This document shows positions 18,028-25,300 of a stretch of DNA of 64,000 nucleotides, one piece after another. The notes beneath the pieces were generated by a model. It did no database searches. It was not told the origin of the DNA and saw only the letters and a list, made by a program, of their open reading frames with translations. Positions within the stretch are counted from its first letter, which is position 1; every line of letters begins with the position of its first letter. The position numbers and the translations under genes were made by a program. The DNA lies in the NCBI GenBank assembly GCA_024231025.1, contig JAAEQW010000341.1, positions 54,155 through 118,154 on the forward strand, in the 5' to 3' direction. The DNA is from Candidatus Omnitrophota bacterium. GTDB lineage: Bacteria; Omnitrophota; Gorgyraeia; Duberdicusellales; 4484-171.

Positions 18028-18444
18028 CTAATTCTGCCATGCGGTTAGTTTCCCGTCTTCAAAATAATAATAACTACCGTTATAAACTACTTGTTCAAAA
18101 ACACCATAAGACGTAACAGTCCTGTTAATTTCAGGATAAGACCACAACCCCATGACTACCTTTAGATCCGATTTGGACATCCCGATCCATACCTGGCCTT
18201 CGCAAACTCTAATTTTTGTCTGTTCATCTGCAAATAATTCTGGGTGCTTCGCTACATACACTTCTCTGCGATATTGATAAATACTGACTTTATCACCTGT
18301 AATGGGTCCTGTATAACTAACAAGTCCACACCCTATGCAAAATAATGTAGCTACAAAAATCAATATTATTGAAACTTTCTTCTCCATAATTCCTCCTTCC
18401 GCCCTCCCCAAAAAAAGGGGGGAGCGCATTTCTACTACCGACAA
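18028..18444 (-). CDS. probable lipoprotein/secreted protein (true start probably MEKKVSII... near 18384)
   Basis: Signal-like IILIFVATLFCIGCG; a GC hairpin at 18401..18428 lies upstream of the likely start. Confidence 0.5.
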   Translation of the reverse strand: MSVVEMRSPLFLGRAEGGIMEKKVSIILIFVATLFCIGCGLVSYTGPITGDKVSIYQYRREVYVAKHPELFADEQTKIRVCEGQVWIGMSKSDLKVVMGLWSYPEINRTVTSYGVFEQVVYNGSYYYFEDGKLTAWQN

Positions 18445-18654
18445 CCGTTAAGTAAATCCGATAGAGCTGCATTCTCCCCGTAATTACAGGAACCAACAAC
18501 TCCACCACACTTAACGGTTAACAGGGCCAAACCCTGTCTTATGGCAAAATTAAATTACACCTAATTATATGAACACTTAAAGTTTATCACCCTCCTTACT
18601 ATCAGACAAGCTAAAAACTATTTGAGCCTACATTACCCCTAGATTGGGTTTTTA

Positions 18655-18715
18655 CAGATTTAAAAGGTAAAATTGTTTACCTACCTATTAAAGTCGCTAC
18701 ATCGATAAACTAAAG
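18655..18715. repeat. repeated intergenic element, copy c (partial)
   Basis: AAAAGGTAAAATTGTTTACC...CTACAT shared with copies a and b. Confidence 0.5.
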
Positions 18716-18741
18716 CCATTCTGCCTTATTCGGTATTACTT

Positions 18742-19920
18742 TTAGTAACATTCTCCCCAAGTTTTACCTATCTTACAAGAAACGGTAAATTTCATACCTT
18801 TAATTTCTATCTCCATGATCTCTTTAATTCTTTGCAAGCTCTTATCAATTTCAAGATCGGGAACTATAACAAGTGCTGAATCATGAACTGTAGCGCTTAT
18901 CTTGAAACCTTCACTATGAAGTTTAACTAGGGAGAATTTAAGAATATCTGCAGCAGTGCCCTGAATGCAATGGTTAACAGCCCGCCTTTCAGCTTTCTTA
19001 CGATCAGTTATGTTGGAAGCATTTATATCAAGAAGAAATCTCTTACGCCCATAATAAGTTTCAGTAAAACCTGTAGAGCGTGCTTTCTTAATTGTTTCTG
19101 ACTTAAAACTTTCTATCTCAGGTATTTTAGATTTATATACGTCCATTAATTCTTGGGCTTCGCTTATTGATATATGTAGGTTTCTGGCTAGACCATTGGC
19201 TTCTTGTCCATACGCCAATCCGAAATTAAGCGTCTTGCCTAGCTTACGTTCTTTATCAGTAACGGAATCATACAGAACCCCCTTCATGTCAGCAACAACT
19301 TTCCTATGTAAATCCAACCCTTTAGCCCAACACTCCTTGAAATACACATCATCAGAGAGAGCGCTAAGTATTCTCAGTTCAAAGCTATTATAATCTGCTA
19401 TGATGAACGAATGACCACCATCTGCGCATATGATACCTCTAGCCACTTCAGGGATACTTTGGAAACTATAGCTTTTTGTGTATAATCGTCCTGACATGCA
19501 TGTATCTATGTACCTACAGAATATCTTACCTTTAGCTTTATCAGTAGCTTTATGAATTGCCTTCAGAGAGCTTAAGAGTTTCTCTAGGTTGCGGTAGGTT
19601 GCAATTTTATCGGTAAGGGGGTTATTGACGCCTTTAAGCACTCTCCGAGAAGTGCTGTACCGGCCTGTTCTCGTCCTCTTAGGATTAACCCCTAAAACCT
19701 TGAATAGAATATCGGCAACATCCCTTGAACTATTGAAGTTAACCTCACCTTGAATACCGAGTATTTGCTTGAGTTCTTGTTCAATTCCGTTCTTCTCTTG
19801 CAAGGTTTTCTGGATTAATTTATCAAGTTTAGGAAAATCTACGTTTAGACCGCGTTGTTCCATCGCTTGCTTAACGTTAATCATGTCGTGCTCTAGGTTT
19901 TCTATAATTTTACTATGCAT
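18742..19920 (-). CDS. stand-alone family-A (Pol I-like) DNA polymerase domain, no exonuclease domains
   Basis: Motif A IIADYNSFELRILSALSDD, motif B RKLGKTLNFGLAYGQ, motif C TVHDSALV, plus RRAVNHCIQGTAADILK; 392 aa covers the thumb/palm/fingers only. Confidence 0.8.
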   Translation of the reverse strand: MHSKIIENLEHDMINVKQAMEQRGLNVDFPKLDKLIQKTLQEKNGIEQELKQILGIQGEVNFNSSRDVADILFKVLGVNPKRTRTGRYSTSRRVLKGVNNPLTDKIATYRNLEKLLSSLKAIHKATDKAKGKIFCRYIDTCMSGRLYTKSYSFQSIPEVARGIICADGGHSFIIADYNSFELRILSALSDDVYFKECWAKGLDLHRKVVADMKGVLYDSVTDKERKLGKTLNFGLAYGQEANGLARNLHISISEAQELMDVYKSKIPEIESFKSETIKKARSTGFTETYYGRKRFLLDINASNITDRKKAERRAVNHCIQGTAADILKFSLVKLHSEGFKISATVHDSALVIVPDLEIDKSLQRIKEIMEIEIKGMKFTVSCKIGKTWGECY

Positions 19921-20015
19921 TTTCGTAATGGTTTAATGTGTTGGGGACCCCCTACCCCCAACATCAATATATAAACCATCGCATTTTCTGCGTGTCAATA
20001 AAACATTTGAAATAG

Positions 20016-20480
20016 TTACGGCCTAACCTTTGAGTTTATAATATAAAACTCTTGTGCGACTAGATCTTTTGTGCCGATTTTCTTTATCAGGTAATACGAA
20101 GCTCCCCCTAACGGGTTATATCCTTCAACTAACGAAGTACCTCCGAAAAACTTTTTTGCTTTATTGTTGATTATCTCTGCATGCTTGGGATCGATTCGAT
20201 CGATAAGAGCGTGAATATGTATTCCGGCTGACGATGTACTGTGCCTTTCATAAAACACAAGACACCGAACAAAACTATCAAAGTATATTTCGTCATTCTT
20301 ATTGAGATATTTTATGAACCGCTTAAACTCTTTCTTGGCTGTCTCGTAAGAGACAAACTTTCTAAAATTAGCGTTGAAAAACAATGTCCACTCATAATCT
20401 CCCAACAAATACCGCCTATACGCCTCTAGAATTATCTGCCTCTTGTTCCATGCAAGGTTATCTTCGAGTTTAATCTTCAC
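20016..20480 (-). CDS. small HUH-endonuclease Rep-like protein
   Basis: HUH motif GIHIHALIDRI and downstream YY motif (GGASYYLIKKIG) typical of rolling-circle Rep or relaxase catalytic core; 154 aa. Confidence 0.5.
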   Translation of the reverse strand: MKIKLEDNLAWNKRQIILEAYRRYLLGDYEWTLFFNANFRKFVSYETAKKEFKRFIKYLNKNDEIYFDSFVRCLVFYERHSTSSAGIHIHALIDRIDPKHAEIINNKAKKFFGGTSLVEGYNPLGGASYYLIKKIGTKDLVAQEFYIINSKVRP

Positions 20481-20757
20481 AATTTACCTCCTGTCTTTAG
20501 ACAATAAAAAAGGGATACCAGAGTGCAAACTAAGGTATCCCTTATGATTAATAAAACCGATTTTTGATGATTGGCTACTTGGGAATTCGCCATCTTTTCG
20601 CCTCTCATTAATTATACTTGTCAGTGTTGCCACTAGGCATAAATAAAAAAAGGCAGCCGCGTTTTCTTGCGACTGCCTTTTAATTTTCCTCTGAAATTTC
20701 TACTTTTATACGCCTTTTTGCGTTAATAACAATGGCGTTGTGATTCTTTCTGCCCCT

Positions 20758-20803
20758 ACAAAAAGAAACGGGAAGCGTTAGCCATAATACTAAACGCTTC
20801 CCG
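20758..20803 (-). terminator. rho-independent terminator just downstream of the tRNA gene
   Basis: On the minus strand CGGGAAGCGTT-loop-AACGCTTCCCG followed by TTTCTTTTTGT. Confidence 0.55.
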
Positions 20804-20811
20804 ATATTATT

Positions 20812-21232
20812 CTGGCTCCCCGGGTAGGGCTCGAACCTACGACCTATTGGTTACAGTTACCCTCTAAGTTTCCTTAAAGACTGGACTATATCATTACCGT
20901 CCCGCCATGGGCGGGATACGGTATCAGGCGCTTCGACCCCGAAATTTCGGGGGCTACTCCCTCGCGGGATAGTCTCTGCACGTTCTCCGAATAATCGGAG
21001 CTTCGCTCAGGATTGCCATATTCTTACGAACTTAGGTTTCCCTGAATTCACCTGATTCTTCACTCTACAGTTTCCTGTAGAGGCTGCCATGCACCGAGAT
21101 CCTTCGACTCAGTCGACCTAAGGTCTCCTTCACTCAGGATCAATTCGGCTATATAATTTTTCTGCCGTTTTTGGCCTGAAAAATTATAGTCTCATTGACA
21201 GCCAACCGCTCTACCAATTGAGCTACCGGGGA
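20812..21232 (-). tRNA. tRNA-Asn(GUU) interrupted by a 345-nt group I intron in the anticodon loop (exons 21198..21232 and 20812..20852); CCA encoded
   Basis: 5' exon UCCCCGGUAGCUCAAUUGGUAGAGCGGUUGGCUGU and 3' exon UAACCAAUAGGUCGUAGGUUCGAGCCCUACCCGGGGAGCCA fold as a standard cloverleaf (U8, A14, G18G19, TTCGAGC T-loop; anticodon loop CU-GUU-AA). The splice follows U35 and the intron ends with G. Confidence 0.75.
20853..21197 (-). ncRNA. group I self-splicing intron within the tRNA
   Basis: Intron contains R-like element GUGCAGAGACUAUCC (plus 20965..20980 as reverse complement) and S-like element GAUAUAGUCC (plus 20882..20891), which can form P7 GACUA/UAGUC. Candidate IGS GCAG pairs with exon end CUGU (U.G at the splice site). 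No intron ORF. Confidence 0.65.
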
Positions 21233-21319
21233 ATCACCAAATCTTAAGAGAACGAAAAGTCTTTAAATTATAACCTATTTGCATTTTATCGTCAAGTAAA
21301 GCGCAAACTTGAAAAATAT

Positions 21320-21730
21320 CTATTTCTTTTTTATATTAGCCAAAACCCACTCGAATATTCTTTTAGTAGATTTTGCTACATCGTGGGCTTCTTTTTCGTG
21401 AATACTACGGCAGTCATATTGGATGGCGTTCTTTTTGGCAATAATCCTTTTCAGAGCAACGCTTTTTTCTTTGTCACCAGGTAAAGATACAGTCGCCATA
21501 AGGTCGCAAACATCTTTATGGTCTTGAGAGATGGACCTTGTGCCTAATCTATAGACGCAGATAGCATCAGCTGAAGAAATAACGCATTGTATGGCTAATG
21601 TTCCTACGGCATTGTAGTTCTTATGGTTCAAGGCAGAAATCATTTCTTCGTAATTATCTTCGGCCTTTTTAAGATATTGGTATGATGCCGCGGGATCTTC
21701 TTGTCTGGTTCTTATATTCTTTGGTCCCAT
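21320..21730 (-). CDS. HEPN-domain protein (toxin of a HEPN/MNT pair)
   Basis: R-x5-H motif (RSISQDH) in a helical context; 136 aa; directly downstream of the MNT gene. Confidence 0.6.
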   Translation of the reverse strand: MGPKNIRTRQEDPAASYQYLKKAEDNYEEMISALNHKNYNAVGTLAIQCVISSADAICVYRLGTRSISQDHKDVCDLMATVSLPGDKEKSVALKRIIAKKNAIQYDCRSIHEKEAHDVAKSTKRIFEWVLANIKKK

Positions 21731-21733
21731 ATG

Positions 21734-22363
21734 TTATATCCAGTCCAAAGGATCTTCTCCGTAAATCACCGAGTAAGATTTTATAAGTGACGCAACAGGA
21801 GAAAGCCTCTTTTTTAAACGGTTAATAAATTCTTTTTTGGTTTTGATATAGGGATCAAGGCGTACCTGAAAATATTCATCAAAATCATAAGATATTTTTT
21901 CAATAAAAATTTCTTCTATGAGGGGCAAGTCTTTTATGTTATTTGCAACAATAGCTATATCAACATCGCTTTTTTCGGTGGCTTGCTTTGTGTGTCGGCT
22001 CCCATAAAACATAACTGAAGCTAGTTTGTTGGAAATTTTATGTTTTCGAATAGCCGCAGTTATGAAGCTTATAGCATCTTTTAAAAAAGAATCTTCTTTA
22101 CGAAAGGCAGGCATTAGTATTGTTTTTACTAATCGACTTTTGACGTTTAATCGGTATAGATGAAGTTTTCCTTTTATTTCGCGGTTAAGAATACTATACT
22201 CATATAGCTCTTTAAGCGCAGCGTGAGTTGCAGGAGGGCTAAGCTTAATTGCTCTAGAGATTTCCCGACCGCAGGCCATAAAATCTTCGCGATAAAAAGT
22301 AAAGAATCGCACGATTTTAACTTTAGCGTTTGTATTAAGAATGTTATCTAGTGATTTCTCCAT
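21734..22363 (-). CDS. minimal nucleotidyltransferase (MNT) with N-terminal wHTH (antitoxin-like)
   Basis: FYGSRHTKQATEKSDVDIAIV gives the GS...D.D polymerase-beta-like NTase motif. Confidence 0.6.
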   Translation of the reverse strand: MEKSLDNILNTNAKVKIVRFFTFYREDFMACGREISRAIKLSPPATHAALKELYEYSILNREIKGKLHLYRLNVKSRLVKTILMPAFRKEDSFLKDAISFITAAIRKHKISNKLASVMFYGSRHTKQATEKSDVDIAIVANNIKDLPLIEEIFIEKISYDFDEYFQVRLDPYIKTKKEFINRLKKRLSPVASLIKSYSVIYGEDPLDWI

Positions 22364-22445
22364 AATTTGTAATTGTTAAGTAAACCTTACACGTGTTAAG
22401 TATACTTTACAATCAAAAATTTGTCAAATAGTAAATCAAACTTCC

Positions 22446-23279
22446 CTAATACAAATCAAGAATTTCTCTTTTCTCGGTTCTGAACTCAAATCGATCGATG
22501 ACGCCTTCTTCATATGCTTGTTTCAGTTCTCGCAGCGCCCTAAAGATAGTATACTTCTCCTTTTTATGCTTTTTCTTGCCGCTAGTATAAGACTTAGCGA
22601 ATAACTCTCTTTTCTTTGCTCTGAGTTCAAAACGATCTATCGCTCCCTGATCATTTAATTTTTTTAATTTTTTAAGTTGATTAAAAATATACGGACTCAG
22701 ATAGACTGTTTCTTTCTTTTTTCCATCCATCTCCAAAATTTGACGCTTCTTGGATCTGAATTCAAAACGATCTATCGCTTCTTGCTTGCGCAACTTTTGA
22801 AACTTTGCGATGTCATCAAGAGGATCGTGCTTATTCTTTCTGTGATGCTCCTTCTTTTCTTCAAAATCATCAAGATGATCACGATCTCTTAACTCACCTA
22901 CATTAAAAACCGCACTATACTGGCTGAAATCAACTAAAATTAGAGTAGCTTTGGCAAATTCCATTGTATCTTTGATTTCCATTTTGCTTATGCCTAAGCT
23001 CTTTTCCTTACCAACGATAAGACCAAAAATCGTAGAAAATAGCGATTGTGACGAACTAACCATAAAATGCGCTTTATCGCCATACTCACCAAGATATTCT
23101 ATCCGATGATTACCTAGGGTCATCGAGCTGCCCTTATCTAAGGTAACATATGATTGTTGATACTCTCGTTGATAAGTGTATCCGCTAAAAGGCACGGCAA
23201 CTAATAATAGAAAAACCATTAATCGTTTCATTATCTCCTCCCTTTTGTTATTTGAATTATTATCCATGTATCCGATCAT
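22446..23279 (-). CDS. secreted/membrane-anchored protein with three SHOCT-like C-terminal repeats (likely start MKRLMVFLL at 23231)
   Basis: Signal peptide MKRLMVFLLLVAVPFSG; repeats AIDRFEFRSKKRQIL / AIDRFELRAKKRELF / VIDRFEFRTEKREIL match the SHOCT consensus. Confidence 0.6.
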   Translation of the reverse strand: MIGYMDNNSNNKREEIMKRLMVFLLLVAVPFSGYTYQREYQQSYVTLDKGSSMTLGNHRIEYLGEYGDKAHFMVSSSQSLFSTIFGLIVGKEKSLGISKMEIKDTMEFAKATLILVDFSQYSAVFNVGELRDRDHLDDFEEKKEHHRKNKHDPLDDIAKFQKLRKQEAIDRFEFRSKKRQILEMDGKKKETVYLSPYIFNQLKKLKKLNDQGAIDRFELRAKKRELFAKSYTSGKKKHKKEKYTIFRALRELKQAYEEGVIDRFEFRTEKREILDLY

Positions 23280-23385
23280 TAGACGCAGATGATGTCTAAA
23301 AAGACTACATAATGGACGATTCTCATTTTATCCAAAAAAGATAATAAGTAAAGTAGACTTTTCTTTCATCTCCTGCGTCTAATGG

Positions 23386-23907
23386 TTGAAGGTGGCAAAT
23401 TTAAGATGGGGATTATTATTGACAAATATACTTAAAAAGGAGAGCTCAGTGAAAAAGGTAGCTTTAGCATTAATGTTTTTGGTAATCGCAAGTCCGCTTT
23501 ACGCCAGTGATTGGGATAAATTCGGTAAAGTTGCCGCCGGATTAGAAGGGTTACGCCTTCTCAGCAGAGGCAGAATTGATGTATTTGGCGCTATTGCCGG
23601 CGTCAATGGCAATAGCCGCAAAGAAAAGAACAGCAGCAGCAATTACAATGGTTATTACACTGATTACACCAATTACACTTATAACAGCCGCCGTCACCAT
23701 CGCAAATGCTGCAAAAAAATATGGGTACCACAATATTCCTGGCGCAAAAAGTATGTTCCCCGCCATATTGAATATACACATTATGGCAAAGTAATAACTG
23801 GTGGCCACTATGTTAAATATCGAGTTGAAACCGGAGGGTATTGGAAAACCACATGCAAGAAGAAAAAGTCATCTTTATCGCGTCGAAGAAGGTACCGTCG
23901 TCATTAA
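23386..23907 (+). CDS. hypothetical secreted basic Tyr/Asn-rich protein
   Basis: Internal signal peptide VKKVALALMFLVIASPLYAS; C-terminal K/R-rich tail. Confidence 0.45.
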   Translation: MKVANLRWGLLLTNILKKESSVKKVALALMFLVIASPLYASDWDKFGKVAAGLEGLRLLSRGRIDVFGAIAGVNGNSRKEKNSSSNYNGYYTDYTNYTYNSRRHHRKCCKKIWVPQYSWRKKYVPRHIEYTHYGKVITGGHYVKYRVETGGYWKTTCKKKKSSLSRRRRYRRH

Positions 23908-23911
23908 GAAA

Positions 23912-24289
23912 TTAAAACGGGTATTTGTCTTTGTAGTGGCTGTGGTTTAGCCATGGATCAAGTGCATCGTCGATAACTACATACGGGTAATCTGTTGTAA
24001 GAATTACTGGACGCACGGGCATTTTTACCCACGCCCCATCATCAAATACAACATATACCTTTGCTTTGAGATCCCAGTATATCTCTAAATCATGGTAATA
24101 GTGATATACACGCTTTGCGTTGTCCTCACAAGCCTTAGCTTGCTTTAAACCATCTTGTGCAGTAGAAGAGGCTATGGGATTACATCCAGATAAAACAATA
24201 ATCATCATAATAAGAACAACTACCTTACACATAAATACCTCCTTATATCGAATTACCAAGAAACCCGCCTGCCGGCGGGCAAGATACAA
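23912..24289 (-). CDS. hypothetical lipoprotein
   Basis: MCKVVVLIMMIIVLSGC lipobox (LSGC). Confidence 0.5.
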   Translation of the reverse strand: MYLARRQAGFLVIRYKEVFMCKVVVLIMMIIVLSGCNPIASSTAQDGLKQAKACEDNAKRVYHYYHDLEIYWDLKAKVYVVFDDGAWVKMPVRPVILTTDYPYVVIDDALDPWLNHSHYKDKYPF

Positions 24290-24321
24290 ATTACAAGATA
24301 CAAATCACAAACAAATACGAA
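24284..24321. repeat. ~38-nt direct repeat ACAAGATACAAATTACAAGATACAAATCACAAACAAAT (copy 1; copy 2 at 25153..25190) flanking recR
   Basis: Near-identical copies on either side of recR; short tandem AATATCGAAATTC repeats (24335..24385) and the palindrome CCTGCCTGCCGGCAGGCAGG (24459..24478) lie nearby. Confidence 0.7.
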
Positions 24322-24543
24322 ATCCAAATATCGAAATTCGAAACAATATCGAAATTCGGAACAATATCGAAATTCTAATGATAAAAATTATAAACCCGAA
24401 CAGATCATCTTGTTTTGAAAATTAGAGTTTTGGTCATTCGAATTTGTTTCGTTTTTCGCCTGCCTGCCGGCAGGCAGGGATTTCGTGCTTCGGATTTTAT
24501 AAATGTTGCATTTTGATATTTGGTTATTATGTAACATATTCAA

Positions 24544-25140
24544 CTAAACTTGTTTTCTGTCTAAAAGTGCCTGACCAAGAGTTGCCGAATCAATATACTC
24601 AATTTGAGTACCTAAGGGAATACCGATTGCAATACGATAAATCTTAATCTTAAACGGTGATATCTTCTCAATTAAATATTGAGCGGTTAATTCTCCGTCG
24701 TTATCGGGATCAGTTGATATCACAACCTCTTTTATTTGCCCCTTTTGCAAGCGGTTAAGCAACTTACCAACGCTTAAATCCTCTATATTCATACCATCAA
24801 GCGGCGAAAGAGAACCAAGCAGGCAGTAGTAAAGCCCCCGATAGTGAGAAGTTTTCTCGATTGCCATAATGTCTTTCGGTTCTTCAACAATACAAATTTC
24901 CTGGGCATTTCTCTTTGGATCTGAACATATACTGCAAACATCATCGGTCGTAAAATTATTGCAAAGCTTACAGGGTCTTATTGACTTATGCATGTCTGCA
25001 ATATTTTTGGCCAAATTTTCTACATCGGTGGGTCGCATTTTTAAAAGGTAAAAAGCCATACGCTCTGCGGAACGCTTGCCAATCCCCGGAAAACGAGAAA
25101 AATTATCTACTAAGTCATTGAAAATTTTAGGAAATGCCAT
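24544..25140 (-). CDS. recR: recombination protein RecR
   Basis: HhH motif FSRFPGIGKRSAERMAFYLL, C4 zinc finger CKLCNNFTTDDVCSICSD, Toprim region with DPDNDGE. Confidence 0.9.
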   Translation of the reverse strand: MAFPKIFNDLVDNFSRFPGIGKRSAERMAFYLLKMRPTDVENLAKNIADMHKSIRPCKLCNNFTTDDVCSICSDPKRNAQEICIVEEPKDIMAIEKTSHYRGLYYCLLGSLSPLDGMNIEDLSVGKLLNRLQKGQIKEVVISTDPDNDGELTAQYLIEKISPFKIKIYRIAIGIPLGTQIEYIDSATLGQALLDRKQV

Positions 25141-25152
25141 ATCTTTTAAGAA

Positions 25153-25190
25153 TTACAAGATACAAATTACAAGATACAAATCACAAACAA
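25153..25190. repeat. direct repeat copy 2 (see 24284..24321)
   Basis: Sequence identity read directly. Confidence 0.7.
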
Positions 25191-25300
25191 ATCCCAATAT
25201 CCAATACTCAATAATCAAACAGTTTGGTTATTTGAATTTGGTGATTGATTATTATTTGGTTATTGCATCTTATATCTTGGTTATTGATTACTCGTGTCTA

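Noticed and set aside
18401-18428. Hairpin CCCTCCCC-aaaaaaa-GGGGGGAG taken as a terminator
   Set aside because: No U-run follows on either strand; lies in the leader of the lipoprotein gene. Possibly regulatory, but unsupported
20812-21232. Alternative reading of the split tRNA as tRNA-Asp (anticodon GUC from CTGTCAA in the 5' part)
   Set aside because: That junction would make the intron end in A rather than the obligatory 3' G, and the loop would not be 7 nt; the 35/36 junction (anticodon GUU) satisfies U at -1 and the omega G
24290-24400. Tandem repeats (AATATCGAAATTC units; ACAAGATACAAAT units) considered as a CRISPR array
   Set aside because: Units are 13-17 nt with no regular 28-37-nt repeat/spacer periodicity and no cas genes nearby
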